A DNA stretch of 64,000 bases from Capsulimonadaceae bacterium. GTDB taxonomy: Bacteria > Armatimonadota > Armatimonadia > Armatimonadales > Capsulimonadaceae. Positions 48,055 to 57,510 of this stretch are shown piece by piece. Below the pieces are notes generated by a model. The model was not told the DNA's origin and did not search any database. It saw nothing but the letters and a program-made list of their open reading frames with translations. The stretch covers positions 320,001 to 384,000 of the forward strand of contig OZ244065.1 in NCBI GenBank assembly GCA_965215505.1. The letters run 5' to 3'. How positions within the stretch are numbered: position 1 is the stretch's first letter; each line of letters begins with the position of its first letter. A program made the translations under genes and the position numbers.

Positions 48055-48843
48055 CTAGTCGAAACGGTCCTCGAAAGCGTCCCACAGGTGGCCGTCGGTC
48101 TGAACGCCGGAGATCAAAAGTACGGCGCACTTCGGGCCTTCAAGCGACTCGTCACGATGGAACTCCCCGACAGGCAGCGTCACTCTCGATGTTTCAGTCA
48201 AGTCTCCCTGAAAAACAAAACCCGAGGTGGTTGCGCCAAAGTGTTCCTCGGTGTTGGCGATCGCGAAGGGCTTGCTCATCATTTCCGTCTTCGTCGCCTT
48301 GATCGTGTAGGCCTGGACATACGTCTTGCCGCCGTGCTTGATCAGGCCCCAGCGGATTCCCTGGCTAGTCGGATAAACGTGTACCTGTGAGGCGGGTTCC
48401 CCGTCAATGATCTGGTTTAGACCTTCGGTATCCACATAGAACTGCTGCCCGTTGTGTATGCCATCCAGCATGGCCGCCGGACGCAGAATGGCGGCCCTGC
48501 TCGCCTCCCTATGGATGTGAGGGCGCAAGACAAGGCCGCCCATGAGGGCAAGGAGGCCCATCCCCACGCCTGACAGCAGCGCCCGACCCCGGCGGCGCAG
48601 CGTCCAACTTTTCCCCGCCGCTGACTGTGCTGACCGGGCCGCCTCTACCTCGGCCCAAACGGCCTCGGGAGTGGCCGCCAGCCCAAGCTCGCTGACGGCC
48701 TCACCGATGCTGACGGTGCCGCCCGCATCGCCTTCCTGCTTCGCTTCCAGGCAGGCGATGGCGCTTGCCAGTTCTGCCGGAGTCACGCGCCTCTGCGCGG
48801 CAGATTGCATCGGCCCTTCCGGATCTTCGTCGTGTCTCAGCAT
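48055..48843 (-). CDS. Unknown single-pass membrane protein, tandem paralog 4
   Basis: MLRHD; RVTPAELA; WGLIKHGGKTYVQAY. Confidence 0.75.
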   Translation of the reverse strand: MLRHDEDPEGPMQSAAQRRVTPAELASAIACLEAKQEGDAGGTVSIGEAVSELGLAATPEAVWAEVEAARSAQSAAGKSWTLRRRGRALLSGVGMGLLALMGGLVLRPHIHREASRAAILRPAAMLDGIHNGQQFYVDTEGLNQIIDGEPASQVHVYPTSQGIRWGLIKHGGKTYVQAYTIKATKTEMMSKPFAIANTEEHFGATTSGFVFQGDLTETSRVTLPVGEFHRDESLEGPKCAVLLISGVQTDGHLWDAFEDRFD

Positions 48844-48847
48844 GGTG

Positions 48848-49699
48848 TCAGTGCCAGGGGGTGAGCGTGGTCAGCGGGTCGGGCTGGAAGTCGGGGAGGG
48901 TGACTTCCGAGAAGTCCTCGTTGCCACCCGACTTCTGCAAAGGCGTCTTGTCCACGCGCACGGTGACATTCGTGGTAGTCTCACCCGCCAGCTCGCCCGA
49001 GTTGTCGTCGTTGTAGACATTGAGGGCCTTGCCCCGGAGCGGCTGAAGCGAATCGGTGCTGGCGATGTAGCCGCGCAGATAGACGTGCGGGCCGACCTTC
49101 ACCATCGCCCAGCGGTTGCCGGTCGCGTTCTCGCTGACGGTGATCTGCGCCGCCGGCTTGCCCTCGGAGACCTGGACCAGCGCCGCATCGTCGGCGTAGA
49201 CCTCCCTGCCGTCGGGAATCTGGGCCAGGGGACGAAGGATGGGGGCGGGCGTCGCATGACGCCAGAAATGGGGGATGACGCCGGCCTGGACCAGCACCCA
49301 GCCGATCAGTACGGGCGTGAACAGTCCCCACCACCCCGAGCGGTTTTTGGAACGCGGGGCGGACGACCGCTGCCGCGCCGCCTCCTCCCGGCGCGCGGCC
49401 TTTCTCGCCGCCCGTGCCTGCTGGCGGGCCTGTTCCTGCCGCTCCTGCTCCTGCTGGACGGCGCTCGCCCTGGCCCGCTGCGCCTGCACCTCGGCCCAGA
49501 TCTCGTCCGAGGTCGAGTCCAGGTGCAGTTCGGACACGGCCTGGTCTACCGGGATGGTGCCCGCGAGGCGGCTGGCCTCCGCCTGTTTGCGCGCCTCGAT
49601 GGCCGCCAGAGCCTCGGAGAGTTCTTCGGGCGTGACGCGGGCCTGCGCGGCGGGCAGGGTGGGGGTTTCCGGGGTTTCTTCTGTCTGTTGTCGGAGCAT
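48848..49699 (-). CDS. Unknown single-pass membrane protein, tandem paralog 3
   Basis: MLRQQ; RVTPEELS; WAMVKVGPHVYLRGY. Confidence 0.75.
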   Translation of the reverse strand: MLRQQTEETPETPTLPAAQARVTPEELSEALAAIEARKQAEASRLAGTIPVDQAVSELHLDSTSDEIWAEVQAQRARASAVQQEQERQEQARQQARAARKAARREEAARQRSSAPRSKNRSGWWGLFTPVLIGWVLVQAGVIPHFWRHATPAPILRPLAQIPDGREVYADDAALVQVSEGKPAAQITVSENATGNRWAMVKVGPHVYLRGYIASTDSLQPLRGKALNVYNDDNSGELAGETTTNVTVRVDKTPLQKSGGNEDFSEVTLPDFQPDPLTTLTPWH

Positions 49700-49701
49700 G
49701 G

Positions 49702-51063
49702 TTACCACTTCTCCCAAGCGTGGTCATCGGGCTTCACATCCGATAGGACGGTCTGTTGTAGGAAATCCATGCCGCCGGGCTTCCCGAAAGAGTCGAAATC
49801 CGGCAGTCTTTCGTAGAAGCGCCCGGCCTGCCCATACTGGACGTTTTTCAGGCGCAATGAGATGGGCCTGGCGGCCCCGACCAAGCTCAGTTCCGGCGGC
49901 GCGGGTGAGTTGTACAGGTGCAAAAACGGGCCGGTCAAATCTTTTGGGCTGAGATCACCCGCGACCCAGCCGCGCAGGTACAGCTCGCCACGGTGCTTGA
50001 CGGCGAACCAGCATCTCAGGTAGGCCGGGTGGACGAGGTCAGGCCGTAAGGGTGACACATCCACAGCGTCGAGCGGAGCGCCCGTCAGCACCCCGGAAAG
50101 CTCTTCGTACCCGAGGACGAACATCTTCTCGTCCGGATACGAAGCGATAGACGTTCCACCGGCGGACTTAAACAGCAGTGGGTTCGGCCTGCCGGACAGC
50201 CAATTTCTCTTCATGACCTGCTGGGTCATCCGTGCAGGGACCACAGGCCCCTTCGTGGACATGACGTACCCCGCACGTTCCCAGGCGTGCTGATCGAGAT
50301 GGACATCCGAAACAGTGACCTTCTCGTCCATCTCTCGGAAGAAATTGGGCATATAGCTGGCTGCCTCAAGCGTGCTAAACCGCTCGTAGAAACTGTGATA
50401 CTTCAACGTGTCCAGTCGCAGAGTGACTTCGGCCGGGCGGTTTCCGTTCTCTGGAACCTGCTCATAGTCATCAATGTCCATGGTGCGTCCCGGCAAGGCG
50501 CTCCTCGTAGGCGGGGCTGGTATCCAGCCCCGCAGGTAGACGTGGCCGTCATACTTAACCAGACGCCAACCATCCATCGCGGGGGCGATGCCCTCAAGGT
50601 TCTGCATCCTTACGGTGATCTTCGACGGGTCCACGCCGTAAAGGATTTTCCGCACTTCCTCCCCTGACAGTTCGAAGGGGGAGTTGTCAGGAAAATCGGA
50701 GACGCTGTAAGTGGAGGCCGCCGCTGGATTGGACAGGCCGGTCGTCCTCGGCGGAAGGGCCTGGTGATGACGGAGGAACGTGATGAGGCTGATTGCTGAC
50801 ACGGCAAGCAGGACGCCGACAAGCTGCCAGTGTGGCCGGTGCCGGCTTGAATGAGGTGCGGGCGCTGCCCGGTCGAGAGGCAGGGAAGGATTAACCAGGA
50901 CATAAGCGGCCGTTTCCGACGGTGCAGCCTCGGAGTTCAGCACTAGGGCGGCTTGCGCCTCGTGGACTTGGGTGGTCACGAGGGCGCGCGTCGGCTCCTC
51001 GGGTGTGACCGGGTGCTGGGGGGCGGCTTCTGGTTCCGACAGATGCTCCTCGTGAAGATGCAT
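49702..51063 (-). CDS. Unknown membrane protein, tandem paralog 2, with duplicated C-terminal domain
   Basis: PVTPEE; WRLVKYDGHVYLRGW...HLDQHAWE then WFAVKHRGELYLRGW...PDDHAWEKW. Confidence 0.75.
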   Translation of the reverse strand: MHLHEEHLSEPEAAPQHPVTPEEPTRALVTTQVHEAQAALVLNSEAAPSETAAYVLVNPSLPLDRAAPAPHSSRHRPHWQLVGVLLAVSAISLITFLRHHQALPPRTTGLSNPAAASTYSVSDFPDNSPFELSGEEVRKILYGVDPSKITVRMQNLEGIAPAMDGWRLVKYDGHVYLRGWIPAPPTRSALPGRTMDIDDYEQVPENGNRPAEVTLRLDTLKYHSFYERFSTLEAASYMPNFFREMDEKVTVSDVHLDQHAWERAGYVMSTKGPVVPARMTQQVMKRNWLSGRPNPLLFKSAGGTSIASYPDEKMFVLGYEELSGVLTGAPLDAVDVSPLRPDLVHPAYLRCWFAVKHRGELYLRGWVAGDLSPKDLTGPFLHLYNSPAPPELSLVGAARPISLRLKNVQYGQAGRFYERLPDFDSFGKPGGMDFLQQTVLSDVKPDDHAWEKW

Positions 51064-51129
51064 ACCGACATTATAGCAAGGCTGGAAACGGGAAGCAAGG
51101 GGAGCGGTGAAATAACCAGCCGGAGCCGA

Positions 51130-51936
51130 TCACCACTTCTCTTTGAGGTGCCCGTCGGGGACGATGTGGTCGGCGTTGATCAGGGTGTCATTCGACAAAC
51201 TTGGCGGTAGCCGGAAGCCGCTGAGGGGCAGCGTGACGGGGACGGGGTGCAGGCCGGTCGGGACGAAGCTCACGGAGGGATGGACGGTCACGATGGTTGA
51301 CCGCAGAGCGGCGTCGGACATGTCGCCGATCCAGCCGCGCAGGTAGACCCGCCCGTGGTGTTTGATGAGGTTCCAGTGGGCGACGCCAGGAGCAAAATCG
51401 GTCATCTTCACACCTTCGTCCACGGCAGCCAGATCGCAGAGGACAGGCTGACCATCCGGCACCTCCGAGAGAAGCACCATCTTGCCGTCACGCACACGGA
51501 CCAGGAGGTTATTGGGGAGGGCGAGGGGCGCGGCCTGCGGCGCGGCGGGGGCCGTGATGACGGCGACGGCGGGCTTGGCTGGTTCGTCCATGCGGAGGGA
51601 GGCCAGCAGCGCGCCGCCGGACAGCACGAGGCTGAGGGCGACGGCGATGCTAATCCTGAGCCTGTTGGAGAGTGCCTGGCGAGTCCCAGCCTTGCCCTCC
51701 TGCGGGAGCGCCCGACCTGCCTCGATCTCGCGCAGGAGTTCGTCGGGCGTGACGTTCAGGCCGAGTTCCTGCACGGCATCGCCGAGCGGGATGGTGCCGT
51801 CCAGGCCGCCCTGACGCGCTTCCAGGCGGGCCAGGGCGGCGGCAAGCTCCTGGGGGGTGACGCGGACCTGGGCGGCGGGGGTGGTCCTTGCCTCGGGGGT
51901 GGTGCTTGTCTCCGGGGCGTCGTCGTGTCGCAGCAT
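51130..51936 (-). CDS. Unknown single-pass membrane protein, tandem paralog 1
   Basis: MLRHDD; RVTPQELA; WNLIKHHGRVYLRGW; DGHLKEKW. Confidence 0.75.
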   Translation of the reverse strand: MLRHDDAPETSTTPEARTTPAAQVRVTPQELAAALARLEARQGGLDGTIPLGDAVQELGLNVTPDELLREIEAGRALPQEGKAGTRQALSNRLRISIAVALSLVLSGGALLASLRMDEPAKPAVAVITAPAAPQAAPLALPNNLLVRVRDGKMVLLSEVPDGQPVLCDLAAVDEGVKMTDFAPGVAHWNLIKHHGRVYLRGWIGDMSDAALRSTIVTVHPSVSFVPTGLHPVPVTLPLSGFRLPPSLSNDTLINADHIVPDGHLKEKW

Positions 51937-51957
51937 GGCAGGAACCCTCGGTCGCGG

Positions 51958-53307
51958 TCAGGCGCTTTCCGGCACCGGCTCCGGCTCGTGGCGGGTGAAC
52001 AGCAGGCGGCGGATGCGGCGGCCCGTCACCTCGGCGACCGAGACGTCGAAGCCGTCCAGCCGGGCGGAGGCCCCGTGGCGCGGCGGCAGGCGCAGGGCGT
52101 GGAGGGCGTAGCCGCCGATGGTGTCGTAGTCGTCGGGGTTACTGATCGGCATGCCGAGTGTTTCCGAAACCTCGTCAAGCGCGACCGTCCCGGCCACCGA
52201 GTAGGACCGGCCGGTCTCGTCGAGCGGCACGAGGGGCGGGGGCTGGTCGTGTTCGTCCTGGATCTCGCCGATCAGCTCCTCGATGATGTCTTCCAGAGTC
52301 ACCAGACCCGCCGTGCCGCCGTACTCGTCCACGACGACGGCCTGGTGGGTGTGGCTCTTCTGAAGCTCTTTGAGGAGTTCATCAATCGGCTTGGTTTCGG
52401 GGATGCCGATGATGTCGCGCTTGATAGCGCGGATGTCGGCGTCGGTTTTATTGGCGATTGCCAGCAGGTCCTTGATGTGGATCATGCCGATGACGTGGTC
52501 CCGGTCGCCCTCGCAGAGCGGGTAGCGGGTGAAGCCGCTTTCCACCGAAACCTCGACGTTCCGGGCCAAGCTCCAGGTGGTGGAGAGGTAGACCATGTCC
52601 ACGCGCGGCACCATGATCTCCTTCGCCTGGGTGTGGGCGAAGTCGAAGACGTTCTCCGCGATCTCGATCTCGGACGGCCGCAGCTCGCCCTGCTGGTGGG
52701 AGTGGGCCATGATGGCGAGAATCTCGTCCTCCGAGTGCGCCTGCTCGTGGCCGTCGCCGGGCTGGATGTGCAGGGGCCGGGCGATGGCTTTGGCCGCGCT
52801 TTCCAGGATGAGGATGAGGGGGTAGCCGAGCAGGAGGAACAGGCGCATGGGCCGGGAGACGGCCAGGGCGGTCCGCTCGGTGTGGGCGATGACCCACCAC
52901 TTGGGCAGCAATTCGCCGAAGATGATGTGGAAGAAGGTGATCAGCACGAAGCCGAGGCCGATGGCGATGACGTGGGCCGAGGCGGAGCCGTGCGCGATGC
53001 CCAGGGTGTCGAACAGGCCGCGCAGGAGGCGGGCGACGGCCGGCTCGCCGACCGCGCCCAGGGCGAGCGAGGCCAGGGTGACGCCGAGCTGCGTGGCCGA
53101 AAGGTAGGTGTCCAGCCGCGTCAGGAGGTCCTGCACGGCGCGCGCGGGCACGTTCCCCTCGCCGACAAGCTCGGCGATGCGCGTCTGGCGGATGCGGATC
53201 ATCGCGAACTCGGCGGCGACGAAGAAGGCGTTGAGCGCGACCAGCAGCAGGGTCAAGCCGAGCATGAGGTAGGCCTGGGACTGATTTGATTGTATGTGGG
53301 GGTCCAT
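51958..53307 (-). CDS. Hemolysin-family CNNM/CBS/CorC-domain protein (TlyC-like)
   Basis: [59 protein letters not shown]. Confidence 0.92.
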   Translation of the reverse strand: MDPHIQSNQSQAYLMLGLTLLLVALNAFFVAAEFAMIRIRQTRIAELVGEGNVPARAVQDLLTRLDTYLSATQLGVTLASLALGAVGEPAVARLLRGLFDTLGIAHGSASAHVIAIGLGFVLITFFHIIFGELLPKWWVIAHTERTALAVSRPMRLFLLLGYPLILILESAAKAIARPLHIQPGDGHEQAHSEDEILAIMAHSHQQGELRPSEIEIAENVFDFAHTQAKEIMVPRVDMVYLSTTWSLARNVEVSVESGFTRYPLCEGDRDHVIGMIHIKDLLAIANKTDADIRAIKRDIIGIPETKPIDELLKELQKSHTHQAVVVDEYGGTAGLVTLEDIIEELIGEIQDEHDQPPPLVPLDETGRSYSVAGTVALDEVSETLGMPISNPDDYDTIGGYALHALRLPPRHGASARLDGFDVSVAEVTGRRIRRLLFTRHEPEPVPESA

Positions 53308-53469
53308 AGGGTCGCCCGCATCCGCGCTGCGGGCCGCGCTCCCGCCGTACTCTTCAGGAGAGGCTGGCGGAAAGAAATCTTCCTTTCGATATCGCGGTCA
53401 TTGTACCCGGAATCGCAATGGGTTAGGAACAGAAATTCGGAACGAATGTCGTGTGGCGGCTTGCATTCA

Positions 53470-53691
53470 GACGAGTGATTGAAATCACTCGCTGCGCGCC
53501 GGACCTGTCCAGGGGACAAGGGCGTAATTCTAAGAGGCGGCGTGATTGACACCGCCTGCCGCAGCGTGTTATCTTCAGCGTGTTATCTTCTGTCCCCTGG
53601 ACAGGTCCGGCGCGCAGCGAGTGAATTCATTCACTCGTCCATATGCTCGGCTTGTCCATATGCTCGGCTTGTCCATATGCTCGGCTCGTCC
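53470..53691. repeat. Family B REPIN (53470-53639) followed by a 17-bp tandem repeat x3 (53637-53691)
   Basis: Inverted GACGAGTGA...CACTCGCTGCGCGCCGGACCTGTCCAGGGGACA pair; GTCCATATGCTCGGCTT x3; internal CAGCGTGTTATCTT x2. Confidence 0.8.
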
Positions 53692-53747
53692 GTAGGCCCG
53701 GCATGATGGCCCTCGGTCCGAATGCCGCAGCCTCCGCATCCCATCAA

Positions 53748-54749
53748 TCACGAACGGATTTTTAGCGCCTTCCGCACGATCCGTAGGGTCTCGTCGGCCG
53801 CCTCCCTGGCCTGGTCCGCGCCCGCCCGCAGGACGCCGTTTACATAGATAGGATCGGCTTCGAGGGCGGCGCGGCGAGCGCGGAGCGGGGCGAGGTCGGC
53901 GTTGATGATCTCGGCCAGTTCCTTCTTGGACTGCCCGCAGCCACGCAATCCGGCCCGGCACTCGCCCCACTGCGTCTGATAGTTCTCGGGGTCGTAGACG
54001 CGCCGGAGCTTGCAGGCGACGCAGCCCTCGGGAACTCCGGCGTCTGTGATGTGTATTTTGGTGGGCGTCGTGAAGGCCGAGTTGAGTTTCTTGGCCGTCT
54101 GCTTGGGCGTGTCCGCGAGGTAGACGGCGTTGTCATACGACTTGCTCATCTTGCGCCCGTCCATGCCCGGAAGCTCGCCGTTGAACTCGTTGATGACCGG
54201 GTCGGGTTCGGGGAACACGTCCGCGCCGACGATGCGGTTGAAGCGGCGGGCGATCTCGCGCGAGATCTCGATGTGCGCGGCCTGGTCCTTGCCGACCGGC
54301 ACGGCGTGGGCGCGGTAGAGGACGATGTCGGCGGTCTGGAGGACGGGGTAGCCGAGCAGTCCGTAGCTGACCTGGGTGTCGTTGTCTTTAACCAGGTCGC
54401 GCTTCACCTTGTAGGTGGGGATGCGCTCCAGCCAGCCGACCGGCGTCACCATGGACAGCAGCAGGTGAAGCTCGGCGTGTTCGGGGACGTCAGACTGCCG
54501 GAAGATGGCGCACTTGTCCGGGTCCAGGCCGCCCGCAAGGTAGTCCATTGCCGTCTGCCGCGAGGCCGCCGCGAGGTCATAGTCGCCGTCGGCCACGGTC
54601 GTCAGGGCGTGCCAGTCGGCGATCATGCAGAACATCTCGAAGTCATCCTGCCGCTGCACCCAGGGCCGCAAGGCCCCCTCCAGATTGCCCAGGTGTAGGC
54701 GACCGCCGCCGGTCGGCTGCATCCCCGAAAGTAGCCGTGGTTTTGTCAT
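53748..54749 (-). CDS. trpS: Tryptophan--tRNA ligase
   Basis: SGMQPTG..LHLGN, ADWHALT, GYPVLQTADI, VPVGKDQ, KMSKS. Confidence 0.95.
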   Translation of the reverse strand: MTKPRLLSGMQPTGGGRLHLGNLEGALRPWVQRQDDFEMFCMIADWHALTTVADGDYDLAAASRQTAMDYLAGGLDPDKCAIFRQSDVPEHAELHLLLSMVTPVGWLERIPTYKVKRDLVKDNDTQVSYGLLGYPVLQTADIVLYRAHAVPVGKDQAAHIEISREIARRFNRIVGADVFPEPDPVINEFNGELPGMDGRKMSKSYDNAVYLADTPKQTAKKLNSAFTTPTKIHITDAGVPEGCVACKLRRVYDPENYQTQWGECRAGLRGCGQSKKELAEIINADLAPLRARRAALEADPIYVNGVLRAGADQAREAADETLRIVRKALKIRS

Positions 54750-55381
54750 GCGTTCCCCGTGAGAAGGCCGTAAAAGAAGGTGATGGGCGGCCCGATGATG
54801 AGAAAGGCGGTGCCCGTGAAGGCCAGCGCGAAGAAGAGCAGCAGGCCAAAGGTCGCCATGAACTTGTCGTAGGCCATGGCCTGCGGCAGCGGCAGCAGCG
54901 CGGACAGCACCTTGGAGCCGTCCAGCGGCGGGATCGGGATCAGGTTGAAGAAGGTCAGGGCGAGGTTGATCCAGATGGCCGTCGTGAGAATGTGGCCGGC
55001 CGAGGTGTCCTGGGCGAACCAGTGCCGCCAGTCGTTCAGGCGCACGATGGCCGTGAAGAACAGGGCCTGCAAGACGTTGGAAAGCGGCCCGGCGGCGGCG
55101 ATCAGCAGGGGGTCCCAGCGGGGGCGGCGCAGGTTGCCGGGGTTGTACTGGACGGGCTTGCCCCAGCCGATGCCGAAGCCGGTGTAGGTCGAGATCGCCA
55201 TCATCAGGGTCCCCATCGGGTCCAGGTGGTCGGCGGGGTTGACCGAGATGCGGCCCTGGGCGCGCGGCGTGTTGTCGCCCAGCCGGTCGGCGGCGAGGGC
55301 GTGGGCGAACTCGTGGATGGTGACCGCGATGACCAGCACCACCATGGTCTGGAGCCAGTGGATGACGACCAGTTGGTCCAT
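54746..55381 (-). CDS. Site-2 protease family (M50) membrane metalloprotease
   Basis: HEFAH, AGPLSN, FNLIPIPPLDG. Confidence 0.92.
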   Translation of the reverse strand: MDQLVVIHWLQTMVVLVIAVTIHEFAHALAADRLGDNTPRAQGRISVNPADHLDPMGTLMMAISTYTGFGIGWGKPVQYNPGNLRRPRWDPLLIAAAGPLSNVLQALFFTAIVRLNDWRHWFAQDTSAGHILTTAIWINLALTFFNLIPIPPLDGSKVLSALLPLPQAMAYDKFMATFGLLLFFALAFTGTAFLIIGPPITFFYGLLTGNA

Positions 55382-55386
55382 GGGGG

Positions 55387-56712
55387 CTAGACCAGCCGCT
55401 CGGGGATGAGGTCCAGGCTCACCACGTCGTCGAGTGTCTCGCGGCGCGAAACCAGGTCCGCCCGGCCGTCCCGGACGAACACGCCCGCAGGCCGCGGGAA
55501 GCGGTTGTAGTTGGACGCCATGACGGCGTTGTAAGCGCCCGTAGACTGTACGGCCAGGATGTCGCCGGTTTCAAGCGGCTGCGTCCGCGCCTCCTGGATG
55601 AGAATGTCGGTCTCGCAGTGCTTGCCGGCGACGCGCACCGCCTGCGTCTTCGGCTCGCCCGCCCGGCCCGCCGCCTGCACCTCGTAGACCGCATCGTAGA
55701 GCTGCGGGCGCGGGTTGTCGGACAGGCCGCCGTCAATGGTGACGTAGGTGCGCTCGCCCGGCGCTTCGGGGATGGCGACCTTCTTGATGACGCCCACGGT
55801 GTACAGGGTGACGCCCGCCTCGCCGACGAGGCAGCGGCCCGGCTCTTGCAGCAGGGTGGGGGCGGGGACGCCGTACTTCTCCAGGGCCGCGTTCAGGGCC
55901 GTGACGACCGTGTCGGCAAACTCTTCGTAGGTGGGCGGCTTCTGGTCCTCGGTGTAGCGGATGCCCAGGCCGCCGCCGATGTCCAGGTCTTCGGGCATCC
56001 AGCCGGTCGTGTCGGCGACTTTGCGGAGGAAGCCGACCATGATGTCAATCGCCTGCTCGTGCGTGTGGGCGTCCAAAAGCTGCGAGCCGATGTGGCAGTG
56101 CAGGCCGGTGATCTTGAGAGGCGGGGCCGCGCCCAGCGCCTCCGTGACCGCCTCCAGCGCTGCGCCGCTGGCGAGGCTCAGACCGAACTTGGTGTCTTCC
56201 TGGCCGGTGCGGATGCGCCGGTGCGTGTGCGGGTCGATGCCGGGCGTCACGCGCAGGAGGACCGCCTGGGTCTTGCCCTTCTGCTTTGCCAACATGGCGA
56301 GGTGCCGCAGCTCGGGCAGGTTGTCCACGACGACCCGCCCGACGCCGTAGTCCAGCGCCATTTCGAGTTCGTTTTGGCTTTTATTGTTGCCGTGCAGCAG
56401 GACACGCTCCATCGGGAACCCGGCCTTGACGGCGGTGTAAAGCTCGCCCGCCGAGGCGACATCCAGGCTGTAGCCTTCCTGCTCCATGACTTTGCAGACC
56501 GCCATGTTCAGGTAGGCCTTGGAAGCGAACGAGATGTCGTTCTTGGGGTAACGCGCTTCAAAGGCGGCCTTGTACCGGCGGCAGTTGCCGCGAATCTGGC
56601 CCTCGTCCATGACGTAGAGCGGCGTCCCGAACTCGCAGGCCAGTTCGACGCAGTCGCACCCACCGACCTCCAAATGCCCCTGCGCGTTGACGCGCTGGCT
56701 GCCAAGCAGCAT
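55387..56712 (-). CDS. lysA: Diaminopimelate decarboxylase
   Basis: FGTPLYV, FASKA, HGNNKS, HCHIGSQ, DIGGG, EPGR, GKHCETD, GAY..MASNYN. Confidence 0.95.
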   Translation of the reverse strand: MLLGSQRVNAQGHLEVGGCDCVELACEFGTPLYVMDEGQIRGNCRRYKAAFEARYPKNDISFASKAYLNMAVCKVMEQEGYSLDVASAGELYTAVKAGFPMERVLLHGNNKSQNELEMALDYGVGRVVVDNLPELRHLAMLAKQKGKTQAVLLRVTPGIDPHTHRRIRTGQEDTKFGLSLASGAALEAVTEALGAAPPLKITGLHCHIGSQLLDAHTHEQAIDIMVGFLRKVADTTGWMPEDLDIGGGLGIRYTEDQKPPTYEEFADTVVTALNAALEKYGVPAPTLLQEPGRCLVGEAGVTLYTVGVIKKVAIPEAPGERTYVTIDGGLSDNPRPQLYDAVYEVQAAGRAGEPKTQAVRVAGKHCETDILIQEARTQPLETGDILAVQSTGAYNAVMASNYNRFPRPAGVFVRDGRADLVSRRETLDDVVSLDLIPERLV

Positions 56713-56786
56713 GGTCCCGTTTCTCCCCGCTATCGCCGTCACGAAAAAGACCCTCGTCACCGGAATGCGGGCGGGGTTTGGGGGAG

Positions 56787-56816
56787 ATTCTAGCATAAAT
56801 GAGGGGAGGAAGTCAA
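56787..56816 (-). promoter_or_regulatory. sigma70 promoter of lysA-S2P-trpS
   Basis: TTGACT-18 nt-TAGAAT with extended TG. Confidence 0.55.
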
Positions 56817-56949
56817 GAAAATGCCTTCTTCCCGCTCAGAGGGGTGTATTGGTGAGGGGAGTGCCGGAAGATCATGAGAGCATCGCGGCGGCAGTGGAGC
56901 AGCGCATATGGGCCAGGCGTGGTACAATCAAGCCGTGTGATGACGTAGG

Positions 56950-57128
56950 GCCGCCACGGGTTGAAACCCGAGGCTGAGAAGTTCCCACCGTCGAAGCGAC
57001 GTAAGACACGGACAGGAGGGCAAGGACACGAGGGCGGGGGGACCCCGCCCCTACGCAGCAACATCTTCCCTCCTTGCGTCCCCCGGACGCTGGGCACTTC
57101 TCAGCCTCGGGTTTCCACCCGTGGCGGC
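56950..57128. repeat. REPIN-like inverted pair enclosing a family A REP (57031-57054)
   Basis: GCCGCCACGGGTTGAAACCCGAGGCTGAGAAGT ... ACTTCTCAGCCTCGGGTTTCCACCCGTGGCGGC. Confidence 0.75.
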
Positions 57129-57264
57129 TGTGGACGGGACATGAGCGTGTCGTTCTCACCGCGTCAACCGCACGCCCGATGCCGTCCGACGAGCATCAAG
57201 TCCGGCATTTTTGACAGTGTGTGCCTGGCCGCATCCCGCCGATGATGACGCAAGGAGGAACCCG

Positions 57265-57489
57265 ATGTCAATCACGGACACGATCAGCAAGGCCGCGGCG
57301 ACCGACCCGGTCGTCGGTGTGGCGGTGGCGCGGCAGAGCGAGAACAGCGCCATCCTGGCGGGCCTGCAAACCGGAGACACGGCGACCTCGGCCCTGCTCG
57401 GGGCGCTCAACGGTCAGGCGCTCGAAGCGAACCAGATGCTCGCGAGCCTGACGCCGAATGTCGGCCAGAATGTCAACACCAGCGCCTAA
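57265..57489 (+). CDS. Small protein with YjfB-like C-terminus
   Basis: AAGGAGG ribosome-binding site; ends PNVGQNVNTSA. Confidence 0.65.
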   Translation: MSITDTISKAAATDPVVGVAVARQSENSAILAGLQTGDTATSALLGALNGQALEANQMLASLTPNVGQNVNTSA

Positions 57490-57510
57490 AACTCCCAGAG
57501 AACATTGCCA

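Noticed and set aside
45312-51936. Integron cassette array or diversity-generating retroelement explaining the paralog array
   Set aside because: No repeated attC-like sites between genes, no integrase or reverse transcriptase, and no template/variable repeat pair.
56713-56950. Lysine riboswitch or T-box upstream of lysA/trpS
   Set aside because: The predicted leader is only about 70 nt and has no recognisable conserved motifs.
57219-57245. sigma28 promoter before the YjfB-like genes (GCCGATGA)
   Set aside because: No matching -35 element at the proper spacing.
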